A DNA stretch of 64,000 bases from Trichosphaerium sp. ATCC 40318 (GCA_038496445.1 JALMLS010000378.1:248001-312000); one strand, 5' to 3'. Counted from the first letter of the stretch, positions 42,801-59,186 are shown. Numbers and translations: made by a program. The notes: a model not told the origin generated them from the letters alone.

Positions 42801-44462
42801 TCACACCACTCTAATGTCTCCATTGTTTTCACTTGCAAATCTCTGCCTCTTCTCATTTCTTTTCTTATTCGAAGAGGTAAACCCTTTTGCATCATTCTTC
42901 TCAAAAGAAACTCTTCCTCTGTTGTCGTACTCGATAATCTCAACAGCAACTCCTTTTTCGAACACTTTTTTAATGGCAAGTTGACCATTGGTCCTCCACT
43001 GCTTGTACTCCCCATCTAATACATCATCGACCATATCATGTACGTCTATATAGTATTCTCTAAAGCGGTCTCCATCACAATACCATTCTTTTACTTCTCC
43101 ATCGCGAGAAATAGTTTGACGAAGCGCTCCACTTGGGTAGTTTGTTGTTTTAGATTCTGGAATTATACTTCCGTTCTCATCAGTCGTTGTTCTGTACTCC
43201 ATTTCCAAGATTCCACTATCAAACCACGTCTTCGTTTGAATGACACTCCCTCGGTTGTATACGGATGATTCTTTGACATCTTTATTGGCATACCAACAAT
43301 GAAGAGGTCCATGAAGCAATCCATGCTTATGGCTACCCGAAGTTACGAGCACGTTGGCTGGATACCATTCACAAAACTTTCCATCAGGCAACCCATCCAT
43401 GTACGTAATTAATTTCTTTACATCTCCGTTGGGGAATAGCTCTTTTTGTTCACCATGGCGGACACCGTCAACATAAACTAGCTCTTGTTTCAAATTACCA
43501 TTCTTGTAAAACAACTTGTTCGAACCACTAATAACACCACATTTGTAAGGCACTTCTTCTTTCATCTCACCAGTTGGATAGAATTTTTCAACAGTGCCAT
43601 CAAGCTTACCATTAATAAACGGCTCAATATAAGCGAGGGTTTCGTTTTCAAAGTAACCAAGCTTTTCTGTAATTTGAGCGTTTCTGTTGAATTGTATAGA
43701 TTCACCTTGAGGAACACCTTTCTTAATTATACACTCTTCCATGAGAGACCCGGTGTCGTAGTACTTCTCATAAATACCTTCGGATACACCCTTCTCGAAT
43801 TGCTGTATTGTCTTAATGTTACCATTATCATACCATTGCATAGCAATACCTTGAATCTCACCATGAACACAAGAAAATTCTACAATTTTAACTTTGTTGG
43901 TATTCCACGTTTGTTGAAGGCCGTGTCTTTTCCCATTCTCAAGTTGGTGTGAACCCATTAGAGTACCATCAGCGTAATATAACTTCGTGGATCCAATACC
44001 AGGACCATCTCTATTTGTGCTTACAGTGGACTTGCCATCAGTATCCCATATTTGTTCGGTAACAATTTCAGAATCATAGCCTGTTGTGCTACACTCATAC
44101 TTCTTACTGCCACACTCATAGAACTCTTGTCTTAGCCCAAAAGGGAACATATACATAGCCGCAACAGAGCCGCGTGCGTACCAACGATACCAAAGACCAC
44201 GTTTATTCAAATTACCGTCAAAATGGGTGTGCAGAGCAAAAACCTAAATTTAGGTGTTAGCGTATGAAACTACACTTTCTCGGATTTAATCTCACTTTTA
44301 ATAAATGCGTTAAAACGTTACCTTTGCTAGTAGATGCCATTTCTTGAACACCTCCTTATCTAGAGAGCATATGTAGAGTTGAATGCTTGGAGGTAGGTTT
44401 AAGAGATGATTTGTAGGTTTAGGGCCTATGTATAGCTTTACAGAACGTATTTTGGAATACAT
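42801..44462 (-). CDS. F-box-like + MORN-variant (YwqK-type) repeat protein, 2 exons
   Basis: Exon 1 (44462-44322) LLNLPPSIQLYICSL; 78-nt intron; exon 2 has many G..dG....(W/Y)Y.nG repeats. Confidence 0.8.
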
Positions 44463-44746
44463 CGCGGTTTGTAGATACTTTTGTTACTGCTTGCGTTGAG
44501 TTTCTGTGCAATTCCATAAATTAGCAGAAAACTCATGGTATTTTGACTTTTTCGGACTTGAACGACTCACGCACGTGAGACCCAAAAATACGCTTACATA
44601 CTTTTTTCATGTCTTTACAGAAACAGAAAGTTGTTTGACTTGGTATCTCTTCTCATCGATAGGTAGTTAAGAAAAATTTGCAACTCTTTATTGACTTTTG
44701 TTGACGTGAATTATAATCTCACAGGTTTTTTATCGTACGGTACAAC

Positions 44747-47700
44747 ATGGCTGATTGGAAAGCAAGAGAAGTTTACTACACTGTAGAATACGCTAAAACA
44801 GACCGCTCATCGTGTGCGAAGTCAAAGAAGCGTATTGCAAAGGGTGGTTTGAGAATAGGAAGAAACTCGCCTTCACCCTTTGTACGTTCATCGAAATGTA
44901 TTCAAATACTCATATTTCACGTAGCATGATGGTTACGTATGCAAATGGTTCTTGCCAGCACCATTTTTCCAGGTACTGTTTTAACTTGCTAGCGAAACAA
45001 CTACCTAGGCGTCTTTAAAGCGTTTTACAGCATACGTTATTTAAATAAACCGCCAAACACAATTGTTTTTTCCCTCGCTAAAAGCTTGACATTCTCTTCA
45101 GAAATATGGTCACCAGTGTACTGCATCGTCAATGATTCGTGGTTTCGATGGTTTGCGTATGAAAGACCAAATAAAGCTACGAAACCTTATTGGCGAGAAG
45201 GAACCAGCGTCACCATCAGGAAAAGGCCAAGTACGCGCATCTAACACATTTTTTCAGACAACTTTTCGTGTAATGCTTCTAAACGCTCAAAATAACCAAC
45301 ATTTCTTTGAAATAGACGGCAAAGGCCAGTAACAAGCTATGGGAGGCAAAAGACAACCTTGCTGGGTGCTCTCTCAAAGACCTGAAAGCCATGCTAGAAG
45401 AGAACGGTCTCCTAGTGACAGGCGTAAAAGACACGCTTGTTCAACGGTATAACAATCTTTTAAACGATTTTTTTTTTAATTCACCTTAAACCTGACTGTT
45501 GTGTCTAAAAGTGCTGCTGACGCTATGGTATTTGGTAAAGCGACTTGTGCTTCATGCCCAAATCAAGATAAATGTCAGTTGAAGTATGTTGATGGTAAGT
45601 TTCCTTTTCTCTTTTATATGTCTTTGGTTGCCTTGTATTTTCGTTTCTGATCTTCTAATGTAGGTCTTTATGAGTGTAAGACCGATTTGCAGTGGGGTAA
45701 ATGTGGTTACAGTGGTACTAACGTTGTAATACATGACTGGAAGAGCGGAAAAAATCCAAAAAATAATTCTTACTTGAGAAATCTTCCAAAGCCTATGGCA
45801 CGTCCTCTTAAGAAAGTTGTAAGAAAGGCACAAAAAGAGTATAGTCGTGATCCAAAACAACCACTTGTGGGTACGCTTTATGGGAATAGTTTGACGTCAC
45901 TACCTTGTTCTAGAACAGAAATTTGATTTTTTCTAAATGTTTAGGCATATCAGTTAAACGTTTTTTTTGTGTAGGTATGTCGTTCTATGCTGATGGCGCT
46001 CTATTCAAGAGTAAAAAAGATCTCAAGGATTATATTGTTCGTAATGGAGGAACTTTCGCTACTCAAGTTTCGCCAGAGGTACGTAATATTATTGTTTGTT
46101 AGTTTAGTTTCTAACTTTTTTAAATACAGCTTGACTATTTCATTACTTCTTTTCAAGATGTCCATGCTGAATCACTCTCAAGTGTTAAGAAAGCAAAGAC
46201 AGTTGGTATTGCTATCGTTACAGAACTTCTTGTAGACCGTTTAGTTGATGAGTTCGGGTTCGACCAATCTCCATACCTCCTAGCTGGAAAAGTACACTAT
46301 TTTTTTTGTAAGTATTTATTTGTTTACTCTTGTTCAAGCTACCTCCTATTGCGCACGCCAAGCTTGCCGCCACGGAACTTGCACTTGATCTTGCTAATGC
46401 TGCTAATGATGATGGAGTAGCTGCACTATCCAGTAGAGCTGGAAAGATTGACCCTGATGCTAAACTTCCAAACGCTGTTATTTACAAAGAAGGTGATGTA
46501 ACTTGGGCTGTTCTTTTGGCAATGACAGATATCACAAGTGGTGCCAATAAGTTCTATCAATTGCAAGTATGTGATAAACTGGTTTTTGGTATTAAGGGTG
46601 TTATTTAATCTTCTATAGATCCTTGACGTTGACGGCACTGGAAAGAAGTTCGTCGTCTTCAGAAAATGGGGAAGAGGTAAAGTTTGACATGTTTTTCTTT
46701 TCTTTTGCTTTTACTAACGTTGTTACGTTTTAGTTGGTACTACTGTTGGAGGAAATACAAAGACAGGTATCACTGGTATCCAAAAAGCAAAAGACTTCTT
46801 CTGTGAGCATTTCTTGGATAAGTCAGGCAACGAGTGGGCTAACCGTGAAAACTTTAATAAAGAACCTGGAAAATACTATCCAATGGAAGTCGAGGAAAAA
46901 GAAGATGAAGGAGAGGACAACGAGGTACCCAAATGTTTTTAAAGTGTTTCGCTTAAGCAACCTTCTAACTGCTCCTCAGTTATTCAAACAGCCTTCTTTA
47001 CCTTCGTACCTTGATCCTAGAGTACTCAAGATCATGGAAATGATATTTGATGTTGATATGATGAAGAAACAAATGGCCGAGTTTGGTATTGATGTTAAAA
47101 AAATGCCTCTTGGTAAGATAAGTAGATCTCAAGTTCTTGTTGGTTATGAGGTTCTTCGTGATATAGAAAAGGTTATACAATCCAAGTACGATTTAATTTA
47201 AGAACAATTTTTAGGCTCCTTTATGCGCACGTGCATTCAATCTCATTCTTTTCAATTAGTGATCCTGATAAAAAGTTCAAGTTGTTGACGCTTTCAAACA
47301 AATTTTACACAATTGTACCAACTGATGTACGGCTTTAAACAACTATTTCGAGTAGTTTAAGATAGCGGTTTGTATGTCCATTGCTGATTTTTGTGGTTTA
47401 GTTCGGTCGACGAAAGGTAGAGCTTATTGATACATTCACAAGATTGAAACAAAAAATGAACCAAGTCGAAGCTTTATTAGATATTGGTGTTGCCAACAAT
47501 CTCATGAAATCAGATGATAGCGTAACGCAATTACATCGTTCTGATGCGCATTATAAGAGCCTTTGCGCTAAGTAAGTAGAAACTCAGTGGATTTTTTAAG
47601 TGCTTCTGCTTGGCTTCTTTTCTCTTTTTTTTCTTTTTTCTTTCTTCCTTTGACAGCCTCCTCATTTCGAAATTTTAGAGTTGAACCGATGAGTACTTAT

Positions 47701-48733
47701 TCACGTGATTTTAAAATGATTTCACGATACTTAAACAACGGATATGATTCTGGTACGCTCCTGGTTTTGTTTTCTTTTCAGAACTTTGGATTCTTACAGT
47801 TTTTTTTACTTAGAAGCCTTGGGTTACAACATAAAGCTGCTTAATCTTTTCAAAGTCGAAAGAGAAGGCGAAGAAGAGCGTTTTGCTGCCATGCGCGGTA
47901 TTAAGTACGTGTTATTCTCGGCTAAAGAAACTGCTATACATCAACAGAGAGTTAAAACTGCGCCTACTTTTTGTCAATTTTTTACCTCTTTTTTATGTGT
48001 TCTGTATCCTTATGCTTGTTTTAAGGCGCAAACTTGTGTGGCATGGATCACGTATGTGTAACTGGGCAAGTATTCTAAATCAAGGTCTTCGGTATGATTA
48101 CACAAACTCAGTTCTTTTTCTCCATGAATTTTTGTTGCTAAGTTATTTGTTCTTTTAGTATTGCTCCTCCTGAGGCTCCAATGACCGGTTATCTTTTTGG
48201 AAAGGGTATCTATTTTGCTGATCGTGTATCTAAATCAGCTCCATTCTGTCATGCTACTCCAGATAACTCTAAGGTATGTAGAGCCGTAATTCTTGTATTT
48301 TTCAAATTTGTTTTGACTGATTTTTTTTAATAGGCATTGCTCATGCTTTGTGATGTTGCTCTTGGTGATTCGTATGAGTTAAAGAAACCTCAGTATATTG
48401 AAGACTTACCACAAGGAAAACTATCAACTCTTGTCCTTGCCAAGACAGTACCTGATCCAAAAAAGGATGAAATAAAGTGCGTCTTCACAGAAAAAAGAAC
48501 AAAAGAAATTTATGCTAACACTGTTGTTTAGTTCGGAGAAGGCTGTTGTTCCTCTAGGACCTGGTATTCCTACAAATATCCCAGACGTATTTGTGGAAGA
48601 TCAAGAGTATGTTGTTTATGATGCGAAGCAAGTCAGGATTAGATACTTGGTACTTTTTTAAATTGTGCTTTTTTCTTGTTTGTGTTTCGCTAATTACTTT
48701 TAGCTTTTCTGTGACTTTGAATTCATGTCTTAA
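44747..48733 (+). CDS. Poly(ADP-ribose) polymerase (degenerate zf-PARP, PADR1-like, BRCT, WGR, regulatory and catalytic domains)
   Basis: [47 protein letters not shown] (H-Y-E triad); about 20 GT-AG introns. Confidence 0.92.
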
Positions 48734-49180
48734 GCTATTATACGTTGTAATAATAAAATAGCAAGTTGTAAGTTTAAAAAGATGCAGTTTTATTAGTCAA
48801 CACGGAGAACTTAAAACAAATGTGAAAATAAAAGTGAATAAACATAAAAAATAGTGAAACAAAAATGTCAAGTCTCGTTAACAAATTAATGGTATTGCGT
48901 TTTTCAATTGCCCAAACGAAAACCCAACGTTCGTCTTTTTCTTTTCGGACGCTTTCTTCGAGCGAAACAAAACGTGTCACATTTCTGTTCGTTGTAAAAC
49001 TTGTATAGCTGTAGTACAATACCGATGCTTTTCAACGTGCGTAAGCTAAACCTTGTTCAAAGTACAAAGCTCTTGCAAATCGAACACTTGACAACAAATG
49101 CTACCAGTTCGAAGCGAGCAAAAAAAACAAGTTAACATACGATAAGGTTTATTAAGGCTATACAACAGTTGCGACAGTAT

Positions 49181-50643
<1,463 letters not shown>

Positions 50644-51139
50644 GTTGATTTGTTGTTTATACTATGAGAGTTTTAGTTTATGTTATTTTCGTGTAGTTAA
50701 ATATTCAGGGAATTTTTGAAATTTCTGAATAACACTCGAATGTGGTTGATTTTTAGAATAAGTTGGTTGAAAGATTTACGTGTAAAAAAAGAAACAAAAA
50801 GATAACGCTATATACACTCGTGTAGAACTGTATGCCACACCATTAAATTGGAATTTCATAAGGTTTGTTGAATTTATGGCGAAAAACACAGCTCTACAAA
50901 TTTCTTCAAGTTCGTAGTATCGCCTTACGCGAGCGAATTCTTAACGCGTCTATAGTGCGCTACAGTATTAGTGACTGCCAGTGATACCAAAGTCGGTAGA
51001 AGCACTTATTTAGTTCAACCCATAATTTACGAGACAAGCGGTGTTTTCCGGTTGCAACTGCAAACTATAACAAAACAGACGCTGGAAAGAAAAAAAGTAT
51101 AAGTGAAGATGAAAGGTGCTGCTTTATTAATGCTGTTGT

Positions 51140-51922
51140 CTAGAACTTGGATTCAGGTCTACTTGCGAGCCATGCCTTGAGTGGACCTTCTACCATCTTA
51201 GCGCGCAGAGCCTTTAGTTGAGGTCCAGCCTTGTCGAGAGCAGTGGAGACCTTGTCTTGAGCGTCAAAGAACTCACAAAAGTGGGTCCATTCAGCATCTG
51301 CTAAGCTAGGTTTCTAATCGAGCGTTAGACTGTTCTTTGAGGTTATAGTTATAACCATACCGATCCAACAAAGAATCCTTTGCCGTTAGACTTGTGGATA
51401 GCCTCTAGGAAGCCTACATGTTTAGGAAGGGTTTCTTTGAAGAACTTGTCGACTTCCTTTTCCTTGTCGGCGCTATTCTTTGCAGTCATGTACATTTTGA
51501 TAACATCCAAGATGCCCTCACAAACAGAATCTATGATAGCTGCCTCTAAATCGGTTGAACCTAACAAGTCGAACTTTCTAGCCAAGTAGCGCTCAATGGC
51601 GTGGGACTGGGCGAGTGTGGTTTCTAAAAATACTTCAGAGCTAATTTTTACATTGTAGCGTACTTTTCTCTCCTTCCGTGATGACGAGGACAGGAACTTG
51701 CTGGAAAGGCAAAGTCGTCAAAAGTTCTTTGAATCCTTCTTTACCAGTACATTGAACAGCTTCCACAGCGTATCTAACGAAGAACTTAATAAACTGAACT
51801 TTAAAATGTTGACACGTGTACCTTTCATCATCGTATTTTTGGTTGGCTAGAGCAAACACGAATCGAGTCACTTCTGCTTTGCCTCTGAGGTTAGCGTACT
51901 GAAGTTTGTAAGATGTTGTCAT
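51140..51922 (-). CDS. Glutathione S-transferase (sigma-like)
   Basis: YANLRGKAEVTR, PFQQVPVL, LAQSHAIERYLARK, SLAD, RPESKF*. Confidence 0.9.
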
Positions 51923-52391
51923 TGCTGTTTTTATTTGTTCTTAATGATATTTGAATGCACAGAATGAGTGTCAGATTTGACAGTCAAATCTTACCCGCAC
52001 TTTCCTCCACCTTGCTTGAAATTTTCTCACTTTTTTGCCTAAGAACTTCAAAGAAAGCGCTCTCTTCAACCGATTTTTGTATTTTTATTTCATTTTACAC
52101 AGCGGGCTTGTTCCGCGGAATCTAGCGAAGTTCACAAGTCCACCGAATACCCCGAGCCAATGGCATAGTGTTTTTAAAGGTTTAAGATAAAAACATTGGC
52201 ACTTTTTCATGAGTTTGCCACCTCGATTTCAACGTAATATTACATCACAAAGCAGTACTAAGGATTTAAATTATTCAATTAATGGTCGAGCTCAGGTGTA
52301 TAGCAACTAAGATCAGGATTGTACCATGCAGAATAAACGTAAGAAGCGAACTAAGACAAAGTGAAAAAAAATAGTATTTTATTGAGTTCAC

Positions 52392-54066
52392 TTATCCCAC
52401 GTTCTAACTCATAGTTGAGGCTCTTATGGTTGGTGGTTTAAACATATTGTGTAAATCATCAAATTGAGGTCTTGAACTCATATCTTTCTTTCTTTGAGCG
52501 ATTTCCTAAACAACGTATTGTCAAACAAAAAAAAAGGATGGAAAATTTGCACTTACCATTCGCCTTACAATCACAATATAAATAGCAAAGCATACAACAA
52601 CAACATGAAGAGCCAATGTGAATGACCCTTTGCCAAGTTTAAGCAACCAACACGTGATTTTTGTAGCAACGTACCAAAAACAAAAAACAGCCTCATAAGC
52701 TGACCGTGTGCCCAATCGTATGCTCCGTTGTTGAAGTCAATAGCACTTTTTACCATCCAATATAAGGTATATACTACACCTACAGGTGAGAACATCCAAA
52801 ATACTAAGTATGCCAAGTAAAACTGTTTAACAACCTAAGAAAAGTTGATAATTCTAAAACTAAGTGTTGCAAACTTTCCCCAAGATAAGCAGTAAGAACA
52901 AAAATGCATGTTTCTAGAAACTCAGCTATATCAAGGCCTAATCGCCATCCACTATTTAGAACACCATCCCCTTTGTAGTTGTTACTATTGTACAAACGAA
53001 CTTGACTTGCTCTGCAACTCAACGTACCAGTTACAAGAATAGTGAAAACAGCGAACATTACATAAAATTTAACAAGCGCTTTGAAAATCAAATAACTCCA
53101 CGTGTCAATTAGGTAATTATAACTTTATATCTGCGTACTTTTGTGCACTTCCTATTTATGCTGTTATACAAGTGTACGGTAAGGTAAATAGGCACGTACT
53201 TCGTAGTGGAACATTGTCTCCTATCTTTTTTTTTAATCGATGAGAAAACTCTATGAATAGAGGATATGCCAAAAGAAGATAGATTGCTTGAGCAACACAT
53301 GTCTAAAGGAATTTGTTTGTAATACCTATAGTGTCCCAACGTACCACCACGATAAAAACATAGTCTGGGGGCGTATTATCGTACGGCTCTGCAAACCTAA
53401 GGAACCGAAGTGAATACAAAGAAAAAAAAACTTATTGTACAATGTACCTGGTTATCGCATACACTAAAAGTTGTCAGCTGTGGTACTTGTCATATCTCAT
53501 TTAAAAAAGGTGAAATGTCTAATTGAGCACCTGTCAACAAAGTCGAACTCGCCATAGCCGCATAGAGCTCATAAATATTATCGTCAAAAGTCTACAAAAA
53601 AAGTTACAACAAGAAACAACTTTTTTATCGCCCTCGTACGCCACTAACTGCGTGATACATCTGGAACATACAAAATACGATAATCATCACTGCTTTGTTT
53701 ACATAATACGTTGTGGGGCATGCCACAGGCTCATTCGCTTTCGTGACGTTAGTAACAGCGAAAAAAACACGTGTCAAGCGTATTTTCGTACTTCCTTTTA
53801 TAAAGCATTTCTTGCCTTCCCCTACGACAAGTATATAGAAGTTTAGGCATATCAGCGTTAAAGCTTTCAGGCAAACAACAATCACAAAAACCTGGAACCT
53901 GTAAAGATACGTACGCACGTGAGAGACTCAAAATAAAGCATACCTTTGCGCCAAAACTCAATTTTCTTGCTTTGTGTAATATACGCGTACAACACGGGGT
54001 TTCGCTCCTTTCGCTGAGTAGCCTAAAACTAACGTCATCACATGTCAAGTTAAAATATGTTTCCAT
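52392..54066 (-). CDS. Multi-exon membrane protein of unknown function (boundaries approximate)
   Basis: Several hydrophobic exons at 52560-53090 and small Cys-containing upstream exons. Confidence 0.45.
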
Positions 54067-54671
54067 AAAACATCAAAATAACAAGGAAACTAACGGCCTG
54101 TGTGGAGCCTCTACTTCTGGGTCTTCTTGCATTGGTCTCTGACGTTAGGTTTTATGCACAATTGAGAAAAGACACAGCAAGAAAACTGGCACATCGCGAT
54201 TTTTGTTTACTTTGGTAAAAGAACCTAAAATGTATACAAGAGCGCCGTAAATCGTGCTACATTGCATTACCTGATAAAGCTAGCGTTGCATTACGCTTTT
54301 ATTTGTCAGGTTCGATGTTAAGCGTTGCGTTATACATGAATAGTATTGGCTTGCGCTGAGCGAATAGTACAGAGCGCAATTAGCAAATTAGGTTAAGTGC
54401 GTTTAGCCCAGTTTGAATTTAAAACCGCAATCAAGGCTGTATTGGGTGCCGCAAACGCACAAAGAAATTGATTCATCGCTTACAAAGAGGCATTGCTTGG
54501 TTTAGTACTTCTTAATTGTTAATGTTGATTATAGTCATTCGTGGCTAAACGTACGTGTAGCCCAATGGGTTGTAACGAATTAGTGCTTTTACAAACTGCA
54601 AATTGAGCGTGAAGCTCTTTGTTCGTTTCCTATTAAAACTGCTCAAGCTGGCGCGTAGGAACACGAATAAA

Positions 54672-57600
54672 ATGGCTGCTAATCAAAACAACAAAAATTC
54701 GCCCCAGAGTTTCTGGGAGGACTTTGAAGGGTTTGAAAGCGCAATAGACCCTTCAGCGCTCTCTTTAGAGGACATGCTAGAAAAAGAACATGAACTACTG
54801 AACGACATGCGTCATTCGAAAAAGCCAGTGGTTGAATTGTATCCTTCGAACTTTTTGATTGCGCGTTTTAAATTGGAAATACCTGAAATGCTTTTTTCTT
54901 GACAAAAAACCAGCTTGAGCAAACCAGAAACAATTCAAAAGCTTATTAGATTCGTAACAACACCAGTACCAAAAGATTCCAAGCCCAATATACTTTACAA
55001 GTTGCGTTTTTTTTAAATGATTTTACTCCAAAACTTTCCCTTTTTTCTAAATTGTCCGAGCCTTTATCTCACCAATTGCAGGTTTCCTATTGTTAGTTGT
55101 AAAGTGATGAAGGCGTATAACGATGTGAAGCCACTATCTTCTATAATAGCATCGAAAAGAGAATATTTAAGCATGTTGTTTGACTATTTTGAGAGGGTAT
55201 TAATTTTAACACATTATTACGACCCCTGATGCGACTTATTTAGGATAATCTCATTCCCTTTTATACTACTCTAGTATGTCAAGTTATTACTACCGTTTTT
55301 CATGGTAGTATGAATAGAGTACGAAAATAATAGAGTCAGTTCTTATTTATTAATTTTTTTTTTCAAAGATAATGAAATTCTTGAAGTCCAGGCAGAATTT
55401 TATCTGGTATTTTGTAGATTGGGCGCATAACGATCACGTACAAGACTTGTTAGTAGCATTTATACTAGCAGAGTCGAACCGTGGTGGCGAGCATATTCAC
55501 CAAGTACTTTATGCCTGCGTTTCTTTATTGCTTATCGCCTTTTCCTTAGTTTCTGGTGAAGCGCCAGCTCGTAGAGCACATTTTGGACAAATTTGATCCG
55601 CGTCTAACCGAACCAGTACGAGAACGTTTTTGCATTTTTGTTGTAGTTAGTGTAAATCATTATTCATCGCTATTATAGGTTTTTAGAGATGCTTCTGCGT
55701 TGCTCATCAAAATAACAGAAAATACCTTTGATGGTAGTGAGATACTCTCACATATATGCTTGGAAAAAACTCTGGATCACTTGTTCCGCCAAATACTTGA
55801 CATAGAGCATGTAAGCTTGCTGTATTTTTTTGAAAGCCGCTTCTAACTTTTAAACTGTTCAGAAAACTTCTACAGCGTTGAGATATGGTCTATCGTTCGT
55901 TGTAGAGCTGTTGCAAAAAATAGTAATCAAATACGGCATGTCTGCATCGCGTAGGCGAAAAGTAGTTACACACTGTATTAAGTATCTTAACGTACTCCGC
56001 ACAAAGCTTAGTAGCACAGAGGTAAGCCTACAGTCGCTTTTAAATTGTTTTATTTCAACTAAATTTTCAAAAAGGCAACCACTGTACGGACAACCGCAGG
56101 ACAACGAGTATCCGTTGGCATGTATAAAATAGAAATTGTAAATTTTTTTGGTGTGTTGGTATCACACAACATACAGCCTGTGCATACAGCTTTTAAAGAC
56201 AAGAAGATATACGCCGCTATACTCGTACGTTGATGAGACCTCTATTAATTATTCACTCTACAAAAATTCTTTATTAGTTACGCTTATCACCTCCTAGGAT
56301 GTATTTTTCGCCTACGATTGGAATAATTTATTGCATCAAACAGTTTATAAAGTATTTAAGAATTTATTCGCTGTTGATGAGATAAAGAACACAGTTTGTA
56401 CCAGCGTTAAGACGATAAAGGAGGTAATCTACAAATTTCTTTAACTGGATCACATTTGTATTGGGCTTACTCATACCTTTATAGATGGTGTCTACGTCAT
56501 CGCTATTTGAGAAATTATGGCAAGGCGTTGAGCTTTCTGACGAAGCAGAGTGCGATTCTTTATAAGAGTACATAACATCTAATGATGACCTACTAGGCAA
56601 AAAACAGGTAATGTTGGGCATGCTGGTTATATGGGACATTTACATAGAATTATTCGCGTAATTCAAACAGCATGTGAGCATTCTGAGGATCTTGTTCGCT
56701 TCTTTGCAGGTACAAAACGAGTAAGAGGTCTTTATTATGCTTACGCATTTATCTACAGCGATCCCAGAATGGTCTAAGCTTAAAGCATCTTTGAAAGCCC
56801 AAACCGAACTTAAAATGTTAGTACCAGAACTCCCAGAAGGTGCTTTAGAGGAACGGAACAATAAAGCTTTCGGTAAGTCGATAGTCTACTTTCTGCTTAC
56901 TTAACTTCTCAATAAGAACACAAAATAAAACCAATGGCTATATTCTCGATGAGGGGTACCTAATGTTAGCTTGAAGCAATTTGACATTAACTTTTTCTTC
57001 TTCAGCCTTGGACGTTCGTGCTGTTCCTGCAGCTTCTGTGAACTCTCCATTTAGAAATTTTGCTAAAACGAAGGCGTATTATGACCGATACCAGGCAGAA
57101 GCTATCAAAAGTCCTTTGCGTATGTATTCTTCGATTGTTCTTTGAATTTATTTTGACTGTATACATTAGTTGGACCGCCACCAATGCCTCCAGTTACGCA
57201 AAAACAACTGGCACTCCCTAAACGAAAACGTTCATTACCACCAGATCCACCAACTGAGCCTCCTCCAGATACACCCTTGTCTCCAAGACCAACAGGTGTT
57301 GATGCACTAATGGTAGACAGTCCAAGGGATACTCCTATATCATCTGGAGAAGACTATGGAGACTTTGAACTGCCTACTTTTGATGAACCAGATGATGAAG
57401 CTCCTCCAATGTCTCCTAAATACAAGGACAATCTAGCAACATCAAAAAAGCCTCCTTCCTTGAAGCACACAACAGTTCATTCCCAAAGTACACCGAACCT
57501 CGCACGGCCAAGTCGCACAGGTCCTTCTAGTGATTCAGCGACCGAAGTTGGTTATCACAGTGAAGGCAGTCTTCGTGTTAAAAAAAAGAAGCGGAAGGGT

Positions 57601-59186
57601 AGAAAAGAAAAACTCACAAAGGATGGAAAGCCAAGGAAAAAGCGCAAACCGTACGATATTTTATTAATTCTACTTCTGTTCTAAATAATCTAGACGTCCT
57701 GAAGGGAGCAAAAAACGGCCAAGAGATGGTTTAAAACGCAGAAAGAAGAAGCGAAGGTAAAGAACGAACAAGCTAACTTCCTTTTTTTTCTGATTTTTTT
57801 TCTGTAGAAATCAAGGATCAAATGATGCGTCAGATAAATCAGGTCTCGGTAATAATGAATCAATTGCGTAAGCTAATTGTTTAAAATACTTATGGATATT
57901 GATGTGATTTAATTAGCGTGGACTCATGTACAGAATCTTCAGATCAAGACGGTGATATTACACAACAACTCTTAGCTGTATGTTTTTTTTTTTCAGTTTG
58001 TAGCGCAAAACTCTGGTCTGATACTATTCTATAGGATATGAAAGAGCTTCAAGAACAGCTCATAGAAGGTCTTGGAGATGATGAACGCGAACATATTAAC
58101 AAGAGAATGGATGAAGAAATTTCATTGCTTGATGTGTCTGCAGCTGAAGTTATAGACCAGTTTGATAATGAACTAGCTATTCTTACAGCTGAACATGATT
58201 CAGTTACAAATACACCAAGAATCAGTCAAGTATTACGTGATGAAGAAGAAAAGATTAAAGATGATTTAATGTTACGCCTTGAGGCTGATTTTGAAGACAG
58301 TGAAGAAGAAAAAAGTGCTACAAAAGCACATGTTCAAATGGTAAAGAGAAAGGTATGTAAACTTATCTGTGGTATGGTGTGTGTGTGCTTAGACGTTTTA
58401 TAGGAGACGCCCATCAAGCGGTTAGCAGTGCAACTTGTCACGCCAAGATCCTCTGATTCTGATTCAACTAGCCCTAAGCCAGGTTCAGGCACTAGTTCAA
58501 ATAATTCAAGCCGTATGACCAGTCCTAAAGAGCAATATGCCCAACAAAGAGCAATGACTACATCTCAACTGCAAGTTAAACGAGAAGTTACGGAAACTCC
58601 GAAGCGTCTACAACGTATGAATAGCGAAAAGGCAGAACTTAAAATGAAACGAGCAAGAACACCAAAAAAAATGAATTTTCAAAATAAAGCGAAACGTGGC
58701 GGAGTGAAGAAGCGCGGTTTTGGTCCTAAGAAGAGATATGGACCAAAAAAGATGAGAGGCAAGTTCAGAGGACCTAAAAGAGGACCCAAAAAAAGACCAG
58801 TGCACCCTAAAGTTCGACAACAACATGCTGGCATGCTTAGAAAGTCAATGTCGACTTCTCTTCTCACTCATGGTGATGCTTCTTATGCTCTTCCGTTTAA
58901 GCTTAATGCTAATGGAGGAACTAATAATAAGATACGCGCTGGCGTCACACCTAAGAAAAAAACAAGCCGGTTCAATCCTACAAAAGCACAGATTAGAACA
59001 TTTTCAGATAATGGTGTTTCTTCACCACCAAGAGGGAATGTTGCTAGAGTTAGAGGAAAGCTTCTAGAGAAGCAAGGAAGGAGGCTTAGTGCTAGTGCTA
59101 AGCGTAGGCCTATGGGGAACCAGGTCAAGGCAAGGTTAGAAGCATACAGGAAGCTTATTGGTATTAACGATGAAGAAGAGAAATAA
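54672..59186 (+). CDS. SAPS/SIT4-associated (PP6 regulatory subunit-like) protein with long Pro/Ser/Lys-rich tail
   Basis: LEDMLEKEHELL...LSKPETIQKLIRFV, DVFFAYDWNNLLH, WSKL motifs; low-complexity C-terminal exons. Confidence 0.7.
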
